From the NCBI RefSeq assembly GCF_011745625.1, contig NW_027191462.1:558001-622000 (forward strand): DNA of 64,000 nt, given 5' to 3'. Every line of letters begins with the position of its first letter. Positions within the stretch are counted from its first letter, which is position 1. The notes under the pieces were generated by a model. The model had not been told where the DNA came from and ran no database searches. It saw only the letters and a program-made list of their open reading frames with translations. This stretch comes from Cladosporium halotolerans (lineage: Eukaryota). Made by a program: the position numbers and the translations under genes. Below, one piece after another: positions 51,777 to 62,975 of this stretch.

Positions 51777-52959
51777 TTATATCACCGCTCTCTCCTTCCC
51801 TCCCTTCCTCCCGAAAATTCTCTCCCAAACACCCTTCTTCCTCTCCTCACCCCCTGCTCCAGCTGCTGCTCCAACAACAGGCCACCCCTCCTCCAGCGCC
51901 TTGCGATTCGCCTCTTCGGCCGCTTCGATATCCCATGGAACCGCCCACTTGTGCATCGGGATCTCGCCGAGCTTCGTACTGCCCGTTTGCGCGGAAGCTA
52001 TACTGTAGAGAGTCGTGGGACGGGGCGCTTGGGTGCGCGAGGGTTTGTGGTTTAGAGCTGGTAGGGGAGCTGATGGTTTGTGGCCCAGCCGGGGTTTGGG
52101 TTTGCTGAGTGAGGCGCTGGAGACGTGGTGACGTGGTTGGATTGGTCTTACGTCCTGGTTGGGTGGAGGGAGAGGGAGAGGGTCGGAAGGGAAGTAGGGC
52201 GGCGGTGGTGGGGAGGTCGGGCGGAGAGCTGAGTTAGATGATTGGTGTATGAGCGATTGGTAAGACTGAGTCCGGGAGCGTTGCCTTTTGATCTCAGATG
52301 GCCGAACGAGTGCTATTTGTGAGGGCACGGAAGAGTTTTCGATGAAGACTCGAGCGAGGGTTGGGTGGTTCCGGGGCTTGAAATTCTTTGACGAGGAGCG
52401 ATGGCGCGGATTGACCTGCTTTCTGCGTGGCTGGGCCGGAGCAGTGGATGTCAAGGGTTTGGAGAGGATCCGGTGGTAAAGCTGGCGAAGAGTCGTGATG
52501 CTCTGGGTCCGCGATTGTTCGGAGAGTTCAGTCAGTGATTGATAGTCCAGAACGACTTTTTCGCGCTTGTCGCAGTTGAGAAAAGAGGTGAAAACGGAGA
52601 TGAGGCCGGTGTTAAACTTGACCAAGATCTCAGCGAGGGAGTTCTGTGCGGTGGCTGAGATGCTGGTCAGCTACTTCTGCTCGTGGGTTTGCCGCGGGCT
52701 CTTAGCATATACCGTCTCCTACTGCGAAACGCTCAACGTCGCAGTGCCTGCTTGCTTCCTGGTACTCACGGCCAATGTCGTGCATGCCTCTGCGCAGACT
52801 ACGAGACAGTCGTAGCTCGTCGTCTTGATTCCGCTTGCTTGCCTGGGACCATACCGCTCCCTTCCTCTTCGAATTCTTCAGCTTCTGCAGGACCTCGAGA
52901 CCGTTCGCAAACGACGTGATGATAGTGAGAATGCTGCTGGAGACATTCGCCGGCGCCAT
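51777..52959 (-). CDS. Conserved fungal hypothetical protein (Pro/Ser-rich C-terminus), 2 exons
   Basis: Exon 1 ORF 52702-52959 (...RFAVGD, then GTATGC donor) joined to ORF 51777-52625 (STKLGEIPMHKW). Confidence 0.7.
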
Positions 52960-53526
52960 GTCGGTGGTCGCTATTCTATCGCGGTCTGTTGCGCTCAGAC
53001 GCTCAATAACAAAACGCGTCGAGAACTATAGACATGACAGACGCACTGGACGACACCGCGTAGGCACAGCCTCACGGGCGAACATCGAAGGCTGGATCAT
53101 CGAGCGGCACGCAAGACGAGCCTTGAGACTCTAATCTTACGGCACAAGCGAAGTATAGGCGCCGCCCCACCCTCGCTTGTTGTACAGGCAGCATCACACG
53201 AGACTGAAACACCAATCGAAGCTTGGCGGGCGCATACGGAGACTCATCAGTCGAGCAGTGGATTGGTCGACTCGTGCTCGTGCTTGGGCTCGCGCCTTTG
53301 CTTGTAGCATCTTGCCCGTCGCGTGAAGACGGGGCATTAGCCTCCAAATGGGAAGGAATGGTGTCTGCAGCAAGTGCTAGGTAGACTCTCCAAAAGTGCA
53401 TATCATAAGGTAAAGTCTCTTGAGGGTAGGAACTTCTCGTGCTTAGCAACCACTTTCCTCAATACCCGACCGCTCATCGTCTTGCTTCCATCTCACACCC
53501 TCCAACGCCGATCACATGAAGGGAAG

Positions 53527-54508
53527 ATGTCATCAACGACTACTGAAAGAAGCTCATTTGATCGCACTGCTTTCACCGCGGGTAAGTACTGGCGCCTTAT
53601 TGTCCGATCGCCCACTGACAAAACCGAGGGCTTCGGCTGCTAAGTGAATGTATCGATCAATCTCCAACTTTCAAAGATGTGCCCCGACCTGTAGAGATGG
53701 TCGCAAGCGGTGGCTTCGTTTCGGTTATGTAAGGCAATAGCGATGTGTTGACTGCAGGGAGACTCATCAAGTATGACAGGTTTTTCAACAACAGAAGCTC
53801 TTCACAAGACCTCGACTACTTCCTCAACAGTGCCTCTTTCGGCAATAAATATGAAGGCATCAGAGCAGAGATGCAGCGACTTATTGGCATCACCGCCAGG
53901 ACCCTCAAGTACGACATCCGGTGGGCAAATGACGAAGTTCGAGCTTTCTTGTCTCTCCTCAACAGACCAGACCGCCTATTTGCGCAGTCGAAGGCGCAGA
54001 ATATCGTCCTGTACGGAGATGGTATACTCGTGGTGTATGCTGTGCAAATGGAGTGGGCGCTTTGTCGAAAGATGAAGCGCTTACAGATGGAAAACCAGGT
54101 GCCGCGACGGGAAGATTGGAGCGACTGTGTTGCGATCGCGAAGTTCCTCCTTGATAAGGCTGGCCACGTACTGAGCCCGAGACTGTTCAAACAGTTCGAT
54201 GATACCTCTCGCGAACCCCCAGTCTTCACGAAGACCATAGTCGCATTGAAGCATCATGTGTCAAGAATTCATCAGCGAGATGCATTTCCCAAGATCGGTT
54301 GGGTCTACAGGACTTCTTCAAATTCGCTAGAGTACAAGTGGCTCGACAGCGACGGAACTCAAATTGATGCTTCCATCAACCCAGACCGAACCGGAACTCG
54401 TCAGGTCGTTCGAATTGAGGAAAGGCAAATCGGATGGTACAACTTCGACAAAAGTGCTTGGGAAACCCCACCGGAGACTTCAGAGGCCTCAAGAAGGGAC
54501 AGTAGTGA

Positions 54509-54541
<33 letters not shown>

Positions 54542-54554
54542 TGATGATGACTGA
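53527..54554 (+). CDS. Nucleotidyltransferase-like protein (AbiEii/MenT/DUF1814-type motifs), 3 exons, poly-Asp tail
   Basis: Predicted introns 53582-53628 and 53729-53779 give ...VEMVASGGFVSVMFFNNRSSSQDLDYF...WAND...WALCRKMKRL...RREDWSD: GG...RxSxDLD, a conserved K and a DxxD in NTase order. Confidence 0.75.
54507..54551 (+). repeat. (GAY)15 trinucleotide microsatellite encoding poly-Asp
   Basis: GAT (GAC)10 (GAT)3 GAC immediately before TGA. Confidence 0.95.
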
Positions 54555-55137
54555 AGAAACAAGGCCATGGCGAGACGGTGGAGCCAAATTGAAGTTATGG
54601 CAGCATAGAAGACGACCTGACTACAGGGCAGTGTTATCGGGAGTTGACGGGCAAGGGTTGTGAACGAAATATCGAAGCCTTCGTTCCACCCCAACTCTTG
54701 TGTGCTTTCCAATTATTTAGACTCGAGTGTCTGTTGGGCCGGGTGAGAGCGTCGACATAATGTCATAGCATCACTTGACCTTTCTTACGCGACTCAGACC
54801 GCTCAATAACATTTTGCACAAGTCATGACAACTAGAGCGCTACATTTCGGCGTGTTCAAATCAGGATCCTGCTTTTCTATGTTGTGGTGACGCGCTCGGC
54901 GACGCGCGGAAATCCCCCGCTCTCGAGGAAAGTAAAGGGGTTGTAGAGGCCCGCTTCTTGGCAGCTGAGTGCTCGGCCTTGTTATGCATAAGCTACCTCA
55001 CCATCATAACCTTCGGCGTCAAGTTATTGACTTGCTTCTCCCACGTGCTTGCGAATTCTGGCTCATTCACTGATATCCTGATCTGTTCGCAACTCAGTAG
55101 TGATTTGCAAATGCGCTCTGTGATCCGACATCAGACA

Positions 55138-55770
55138 ATGTCGCCTGCCGGAGACGGTCTGAAAATACCGCCGGGGCATATTAGCTATGCACACGCAAGA
55201 CCTCGCCATCTGGATCCGCCTCTCTCTAGCGGAGTGACTCTACCAAAACCTTTACCAAGTCCCAGGCAATTCCAAGATGACCCCAACCTATTATGGCATC
55301 GCTACGACGGCATAGCTTTGCTCCGACAGTGTCCACAGTTCACTCAAAACGACTGTCCTATAGCCTCGTTGTATCGCCTCTGCGAGTTCATCTGCGCGGA
55401 CGAATCGAATCAAGTTATGCTCGAGACAGACTATTTCTGGTTCCGCGATTCTTGGAGCCTTTGCTCGATTCCTGACCCCTGCGACGATAACACCGAGCGA
55501 TATGCCATTCTCGCAAGTCTGGTCGAGAGCCTGGTATACGCGTTCAATTACCGGCTGAGCCTGGGACTGCGCCGTAGTGACACTGCCGATGCCCAAAGCG
55601 AGAGTTGTCCGCCCTGGGTTTCGAAAGTGCCTGCATTACGCGACCTACTTCGTTTGAAGCGGGACAACGAATTCGATTTCGAGAGCGACGAATTTGTGAC
55701 TTCGACGGCAGCTGACCCTTTCTCAAAACGGAATATCGTAGCAAATGCTGGGAACCTATTTTCCTTCTAA
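55138..55770 (+). CDS. Uncharacterised ~210 aa protein, candidate partner/antitoxin of the upstream NTase
   Basis: Intronless ORF with ACAATG start; SLYRLCE...ETDYFW...W...IPDPCDDNTERYAILASLVESLVYAFNYRLSLGLRR...PPWVSKVPAL...FSKRNI. Confidence 0.72.
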   Translation: MSPAGDGLKIPPGHISYAHARPRHLDPPLSSGVTLPKPLPSPRQFQDDPNLLWHRYDGIALLRQCPQFTQNDCPIASLYRLCEFICADESNQVMLETDYFWFRDSWSLCSIPDPCDDNTERYAILASLVESLVYAFNYRLSLGLRRSDTADAQSESCPPWVSKVPALRDLLRLKRDNEFDFESDEFVTSTAADPFSKRNIVANAGNLFSF

Positions 55771-56392
55771 GTGGCTCGCTCAGGATAGTGCAAGGCCCTC
55801 AGTGGTGTACGAAGGAATCTACTTCATACTTCGTTCCTCCTGTCTCTCCTTGAAATACTAATTAACTTCGACTCATCGTCTTCTTTACCTATTACTTACA
55901 ATGCGCCTGTTACCTGTAGGCGCAATTACGCACCGACAAACGTCAGCTTCAACATTCCAGCCGGAACACGTCGGGCATGAAGATGTTCCTGTTGTCTAGA
56001 TGCCGCCAGTGCGCAAGTCGCTATGCGACTGGTAAAGCCGGAATTGTGGCTGTTACTGGTCAGACGACCGCGTACTAACATAATCGTATGTGCATTAGAA
56101 CTTCTTCGCATAGCATCAATCGTCACTCGGCTTTCGTAGCGCCATATGATCAATAGCGGCAGGGCCTTGTCCTGTCAGACCTCGTTTACGATGGCCAACG
56201 AAAAATCGCTCCCATTCGGTCGTTGGTGTTTTGAAGCCACCTCGCCAGTGCCATTCGAAAGTCGACCATGGTGAAGCTCAAACCTTCTGCGGTGTTCAAT
56301 TGGCTGCTTTGCAGCATTCTTTGATATATTTACGCGTTATACATGCCATTTCACGGCCTTATTATCGTACACTACGCATGTGTTCAACCAGC

Positions 56393-57625
56393 TCAACCTT
56401 GGTTCGAGCCGATCCAAGCATTAGGTCTGTACGTAGTCAGCTGCCCACCCAGCAACAAACCCTCAATAACGTGTTTAACTCACCTCCTGAATAACATCTC
56501 AATCACGGCCCAGCCCCTTCCTTCGTCATCCCTCTGTTTCTTAATCCAGCCCGCCAATTCCGCCCTCAACTTCTCCTCCGGCTTGCCCAGAACGTCAATG
56601 CCTCGTTCCTCGCAAGCAATCACTAACTCATTACTGCTCAATCCAGTCGGTCCTCCCGACTGTACAAGTAGTAAATCGTCCAGCGCAAGATACTGCACGC
56701 GCGCCCCAACGCTCCGCCTCAACAACCCAGCCGGCGGCGCAAGCTGCACCCGGTCCCAAACTCGACTGTGCTGGTTCAGCACGCACGACAAATGCATCAG
56801 CTGCACCGGCGTCATATTCTTCAACACCTCTTTCACATTCTCGGCTTCCGTCATGCGCCACTTCCCTCCTTCAACAGCCACCTGCCCAGCCTGAGGCTCC
56901 TCCACTCCCGACCGGAAACTCCACCTCCTTCTCTCCTCGCTCTTCTCCCGCATCCCGTTCACCTGCTTCGGGATCCGGCACGTCCCAGGCACTCTGTTTG
57001 GGATGAACGGCACCAGCAACGGCAGCCACTCACCCAGCAGCAGCACCAGCAGCCCAAACAGCGGCAATTTCCCAATGTCCCGTGCGTTGCGCTCCAGCTG
57101 CTGAAACTCCGCGCGCGTCACCACACCCTTGCGCGCAGCTTCATCGCGGAAATTGCGCCAGCGGTTCGAGGCGCTGACGGGCGATGCGAGGTCCGGTTTG
57201 CGCGCGTTGAGCTCGGCTGCCACGCGCTTTTTCAGCGCCGAGGCGGCTTTGTGGTTGTTCCAGACGGCCTTGAGCCCGTCCTTGTAGAAGCCTCCGTACG
57301 CGCGGCCGAGGCGGTAGAGGTAGATGAGGGTCGAGAGGTCGCCGCGCGAGGGCAGGTCGAGGGGCGGGGGGAGCGTGGAGGTCGGCGGGTTGAGGGCTGC
57401 GGATTGCGTGGCGGTTTGGCGGCGGGACGGGCTGAGGGTGATTTGGGGAGGGGGAGGGGTCGGTTTCGTGGCTTTCGTGCGGGCGGAGGATTTGGTGAAG
57501 GTGTAGGGGCGCGAGTAGGCGGGTTGGTGGCGGAGGACTATGGTGGTGAGCTTGGAGGATGCATGTTGGGTGCGCGGGAGGCACGAGACAGCTTGGAAAC
57601 AGCTGCTCGGGTAGCGTGTGGTCAT
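56393..57625 (-). CDS. LETM1-like mitochondrial protein
   Basis: FYKDGLKAVWNN, TRAEFQ...DIGKLPLFGLLVLLLGEWLPL, YLALDDLLL, ACEERGIDV; terminal intron ~56427-56483, last exon RPNAWIGSNQG*. Confidence 0.82.
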
Positions 57626-58685
57626 CTCATGTGAGGTCTGGAGGATGTAATGCAAAGTATAGAAAGTGAATCAAAGGAGTGGATGGAGGTTAGCGAAACA
57701 TTTGTGACATGCACGTTTCGAGATCTGGGAATAAGCTTTTGCGGGAGTGAGATCGCCAGGGACCGGATTCACGTCACCATTTGCGCTGTGCGCATCGGAT
57801 CCGGAATCCTGGGAGACAACTCTTGATCAGATTTTTGGGAAAGCGCTACTTTTGACGGGAAGATGACGGTATCCAGTCATATCATTCAGTCTGTACTCTT
57901 TCCACATTATTACATGGCAACTTCGTCAGAGAGTTCATGTAGGATGGGGTTTGGGAAGTTTGGGACAGAGTGTCTCATCGATCAAGCAGTTCATGGTCGT
58001 AAACTTACCAGGTATAATGACTGGATATCGATTTTGACCAGGCAAGGCCTAGTCTACATCAGTCAGCTATAGCTATTCATCGATGTAGCCCAAGTGTCCA
58101 ATCAAAGTAACTTGCTCACAAGGACGGTGACATGTTCCGGATCAGTTACGAACAGATCACAGCAAACATGTCTAGATGCCGTAAGGTCAGATCGCTTTTG
58201 TAGCGGACAACGTCGTCATCTTGATATCAAATAAGACGTTTCTCGAAGAGGCTACTCGGCAATGTTATTGTAATAGCTGCAAAGGATGCCATGGGTTGTC
58301 GTTGCGCTGTTCGTGCTACCCCAACCCTAACCCTTGAGGTCGCCACGCACATGTCAGCACCGCGCCGTTTCTCCAGACCAAAGGGCGCGCGCCAAGCAGA
58401 GAGCGATCCGTGAAACGTGGGGCGGCGCATTCTGGCTTTATCACAAGGGCCGCCTATCCGAGATAGGAAGCCATTGGCGGCGCTGTCGGAACGTCGAAGG
58501 CGACATATCGCGTGCGTAGTCATCTCCATTGCCTGTCTGCACTTCTCTTACACCACCATCTTCACTGTGCCACTAGCAAGTCGCGTTGGCATTGGTATCA
58601 AGCGGTATTTTGGTCTTTGAAAAGCTATCTCCATTGGATCCACGAACCTAGTCCTTGGCCAAGCGACACATTCACATTTCCCCAA

Positions 58686-59588
58686 ATGGCGCAAGCCCTG
58701 GAAGAGGCCAACGTCGGCCTCAACGAGACCTTCAAGGACCTCCTCTCCGGCGCCGTCGGCGGCATTGCCCAGGTTCTCATCGGCCAGCCTTTCGACATCG
58801 TCAAAGTCCGCCTGCAAACCACCTCAGACTACAAGGGCGCCGCCGACTGTGCTACCAAGATCCTCAAAAACGAAGGCCCCGCCGCTTTCTATAAGGGCAC
58901 TCTTACGCCTCTCATCGGCATCGGAGCTTGCGTCTCTGTCCAGTTCGGCGCGTACAACTATGCCCGCCGCGCTTTCGAGGCCCGTAACAATGCCGCTGGT
59001 GGCAAGCCAATGAGCTACGCTCAGTACTACTGCGCAGGCGCTTTCGCTGGTCTGGCCAACACCGTTCTCTCCTCCCCCATCGAGCACATTCGAATCCGCT
59101 TGCAGACGCAGCCCCACGGCGCCGGAAGGCTGTACGCCGGCCCGCTGGATTGCATCGCCAAACTCTCCAAATCCCCCAGTGTCGCTCGCGGCCTGTACCG
59201 CGGCACGTCCGTGACACTACTCCGTGAGGCGCAGGCGTACGGCTGCTGGTTCCTGGCTTTCGAGTACCTGATGAATGCGGACGCCGCGCGGGCGGGCGTG
59301 GCGCGCACCGAAATTCCGACGTGGAAGGTTGCTTTCTATGGCGCTATGGCTGGCGAGGCGCTATGGTTGAGCTCGTATCCCTTTGACGTTGTCAAGTCGA
59401 AGATGCAGACTGACGGCTTCGGCGAGAAGCAGAAGTATAAGACTATGAGGGATGCGTTCGCGCAGACGTTCAGGAAGGAGGGCTTAGGTGGCTTCTGGAG
59501 GGGTGTTGGCCCGACGCTGCTCAGGGCTGCGCCGGTCAGTGGTGGTACTTTTGCGACGGTCGAGTTGACTATGAAGCTGCTGAGTTGA
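58686..59588 (+). CDS. Mitochondrial carrier (SLC25, Ymc1/carnitine-ornithine subgroup)
   Basis: Three PxDxxK/R repeats: PFDIVKVRLQ, PIEHIRIRLQ, PFDVVKSKMQ. Confidence 0.94.
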   Translation: MAQALEEANVGLNETFKDLLSGAVGGIAQVLIGQPFDIVKVRLQTTSDYKGAADCATKILKNEGPAAFYKGTLTPLIGIGACVSVQFGAYNYARRAFEARNNAAGGKPMSYAQYYCAGAFAGLANTVLSSPIEHIRIRLQTQPHGAGRLYAGPLDCIAKLSKSPSVARGLYRGTSVTLLREAQAYGCWFLAFEYLMNADAARAGVARTEIPTWKVAFYGAMAGEALWLSSYPFDVVKSKMQTDGFGEKQKYKTMRDAFAQTFRKEGLGGFWRGVGPTLLRAAPVSGGTFATVELTMKLLS

Positions 59589-59953
59589 GATAGGAAAAGA
59601 TGAAGGGGATAGAGGCGGCGGGTGATGAGAAAGTTAGCCAGGGAGATTAAATCTATTTGACTCTACATCGGCGAATGGATCATTTACGCAGCGAACGCGG
59701 AAGAAGGACAAGGAAAACATAGAATGCGTTGGAAACAGCAATGCGGGATCAGTGTGGACTACAGTTATGGTCAAGTATGTGTGCAATTTGTCTCGAGAAC
59801 TTCACTTTGCACAGACAAAATAAACCCTAAGACCGTTAAGATACTGAAATATAAAGAAACCAGTACACTTTTCAAGAGACTATACTCCAATGTGGTGTCT
59901 AGAGAATATTCCTTTAGCTACCACGCCTAATCAGCTCGTCAGATCATGACACT

Positions 59954-60793
59954 TCAGATCCAGCCCAAACTGTTGACCTTCTTCACTCCGTCGAGCCAGA
60001 TGTTCGCCATCTTCTTGAAACCCTGGTCGTTGGGGTGAAGAGAATCGCTGAGATCCGAGGCAGCATTCAGAGTGCTCATGTCGACCACGCTGACTCTCTT
60101 GCCAGCGTTGGCACGCTGGCTCACCACACCTGCAAGGACAGTATCAGCATCGGCTTTCCCAACTGCAACATGGCACTTCAGAAGAAGAGGAAGAGGTCGG
60201 TGAGCTTACTTTGCACCCTCGAATTGAATGCCTGGATGTTCTTCTGCGTGTTCGCGCTCTGTGCCGGAATGATCTTGGCCACCACCACCGCCGCCTGCGG
60301 CCACGCAGCAACAACCTTATCGATCAAGCTCCCAAGTCTGACGTAAGCAGTCTCCGACCCGTACGTGTTACAGTCATTAGTGCCAGCGTGCACGAGGACA
60401 ACATTGGGCGCGATCCCGGCGTTCTTGACGTTCGTCACGGCGCCGGAGATCTGGTCGATCGTCCATCCGGGGTGGCCTTCGTTGTCTTTGTCGGACATCG
60501 TGCCGCTGCGCACTGTACCGACATAGTCTACGGAGGCACCGGCGGATTGCAGCGAGCTGAGTAGGAACTGGCGATAGCTGTTGCTTGAGGAGCTGCCGAT
60601 TCCGTACTAGAAGAGCGTTAGATACGAAATTTTGGAAACTTGCTGATCTATTTCATACGGTGATGCTGTCCCCGAGCGGCAGGATAGTGAGCTTTTTGCC
60701 GGATAGGGTGGTCTGGCGGGCTTCATGTTGGGTCGGTGCAGCGAGCGCCGAAGCCGCTGTGCATAGGGCTATGAGGCTGGAGAAGAAACGCAT
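59954..60793 (-). CDS. Secreted SGNH hydrolase, carbohydrate esterase family 3-like
   Basis: Signal peptide; ILPLGDSIT|YG, NEGHPGWTI, HAGTND, DSLHPNDQG; 2 introns. Confidence 0.9.
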
Positions 60794-61739
60794 GTTGACC
60801 TTGGGTTCCTTTGACCTGTTCACTAAGACCGAGAGTAGGGCAAGTTTTTAGCCGAGTTTAGGGTTGGTATAAGACGGCCGAGTTCCCGAGAGCAGACGAA
60901 CGCACCTTCTTATGCGCCTGCGCCTGTTACCTCGTCCAACTTCAAATAACCGGACTGGGGAGTTTCACTCCACATACTATCCAGCTTGGCGTTTGTTTAT
61001 TCCAGAGGCTTGACTAAAGCAGACGTCTCGGCGGCCATTACGTTTCTTGTAAAGCAAATAATAGCGCGTGCTCTCCACCTTCCGAAGGTTCAGCGATGCA
61101 ACAATCGCTGTGTCGCCAAGAAGAGCAGACGATGTGCTCCGGGCTTGAAACAAACAATCCTCCGCTCGGTTAGGCACTAAGAAACAGCGTGGCTTGAGCG
61201 GATCCGGTCAATTGGCGGAAGTGTACTTAGCGCTGAGGGGAAGCTCATACTTTCGAAACGACGGTTACATTGTTTGAAGCACTGCGCTTGGCGGGGATTT
61301 AGGAAGTTATACGGCTTATTGACGGAGGGTGTGAGACCTGGAACATAGCCTGAAAGCTCGGTGATTGTCGTCCGGACTGTTTCTCGCTATGTGTTCCTAG
61401 GTTACATTCGGGGATTGACAAAGGGTGCAGGCGCTAAGATGTACGGACAATTGACCTGCGGAATGCTGACACCCAGATGATTCGCCATGTAGTCGTGACA
61501 GAGAACAAGACGAGAGTATGGCGGTAGCCAACCATGAGTGATTAATCAGAGTGCTGGTCCGGCTATCGAAGTCGACGCGACGCTCGTAGCCTCCGCCGTG
61601 GCGACTCGGGCGGATGATCTCTTCACGTTGGTGCTCAGACGACTGCTGCCATGCGCAAAATGTCATGAGCCGTCTTGCATTCAACAGATGCCAATTTCAG
61701 CTTCTGGTCAAGCTTTCGCTCAAATTCTGAACCATTTAT

Positions 61740-62657
61740 TCAAGGCCCGCCGTCTGCTCCCCTCCTTCCCTTGCCTCCACTGCCAACTCCCCGCATACCC
61801 ACAGCATACTGCACATGCCTATCCCATCCCTCCAGCCTCTCGTAGGGACTCCTCAGCCAAGCATCCAGCTCGTGCAAAAGCAATCTCGCATCCTCTCTTC
61901 CCAGGAAATCTTTCAACAGCTCTTCCGCTTGCCCGTCCGCACCTTTGGGGTCGTGCGTCTTGAGCACCGCGACCAGGTACTCGATCAGAAACTCACGGTT
62001 CGCTCCTGCGGGGCGCCGGTCGAGGAAGGAAAAGACGCGTAAGTCGCGGCGGAGGAAGATCCGGGCGCGAGTTTGCAGGGCGGATGAGGCTGCGAAGGAG
62101 GCGGGCGTGAAGTTCTGGTATTGCGAGATGCGATTTGCTCCGATGTGCAGGGAGGGAGTTTGTCGCGAGTATACTTCGCGGCGCCGTGCTAGGGACGGAT
62201 CCTCGTGGTTGCGCGCGGTGCTGCTGCTGGGGCCGGCGGCTGGATGGCCGCCCCAGGGAACGTCGTTGCGCCTACGTCTTGCAGCCGCATGCGGACGAGC
62301 ATCCAGTCGCTGAGTGGAATGAGTTTTCCGAGCGGCCTGTTGCTCGACGGTGTAGATCTTGTAATCATGCGGGGCGCGCCAGTCGTAGTGCACCTCTTTC
62401 AGTTCTGCTTTGCACAGCGGACATGTCGTATGCTCTTGCAGCCATTGTACCAGGCATAAGAAGTCGAAGCTCAGGTGGTTGCAGGGCGCTGCCACGGCGC
62501 GCTCTTGGATCGCCTCGAGGCAGATAGTGCAGGGCTCGGGCCCTGCATCGTTGCGTTTGCGTTTCAAGGCGGCGGCGGCCGCGGCGCCTCTTATTCGAAA
62601 GTCATCCACGGGCGGCGGTTGCGTGTTGTTCAGCCCATCATTCTCTTTGGTGTCCAT
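61740..62657 (-). CDS. RING (C3HC4-type) E3 ligase, Topors-like
   Basis: CTICLEAI...PCNHLSFDFLCLVQWL...CPLCK; FLHEL-like LLLHELDAWLRSPY...WDRHVQY; start uncertain. Confidence 0.82.
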   Translation of the reverse strand: MDTKENDGLNNTQPPPVDDFRIRGAAAAAALKRKRNDAGPEPCTICLEAIQERAVAAPCNHLSFDFLCLVQWLQEHTTCPLCKAELKEVHYDWRAPHDYKIYTVEQQAARKTHSTQRLDARPHAAARRRRNDVPWGGHPAAGPSSSTARNHEDPSLARRREVYSRQTPSLHIGANRISQYQNFTPASFAASSALQTRARIFLRRDLRVFSFLDRRPAGANREFLIEYLVAVLKTHDPKGADGQAEELLKDFLGREDARLLLHELDAWLRSPYERLEGWDRHVQYAVGMRGVGSGGKGRRGADGGP

Positions 62658-62975
62658 CCACTGTGAGGCATGCTCTGGTTGTGGTGATCGATGTTCTCCC
62701 AAGGCTGCGACGAATATTCAAGTTGATGATTGTTGGAAGCGGCTGTGCCACGACTTTTGCCACGGCTAGTCTCGTACGTCACCTTCACATTGCGCGAGTG
62801 TGACCTCTTTTGAGGATAAATAATAACCAAGTCAGATAACTTGAATTGTTTACTTGCTGAACCTCATTAGAGAGATGGTTACTAATTGAGAGATATGAAA
62901 TATTACAAGCTCTACATACGACATCGCCAATCACCGCAAGCAGATTCTTGACGAATATCTTACATCCCGCTTCCT

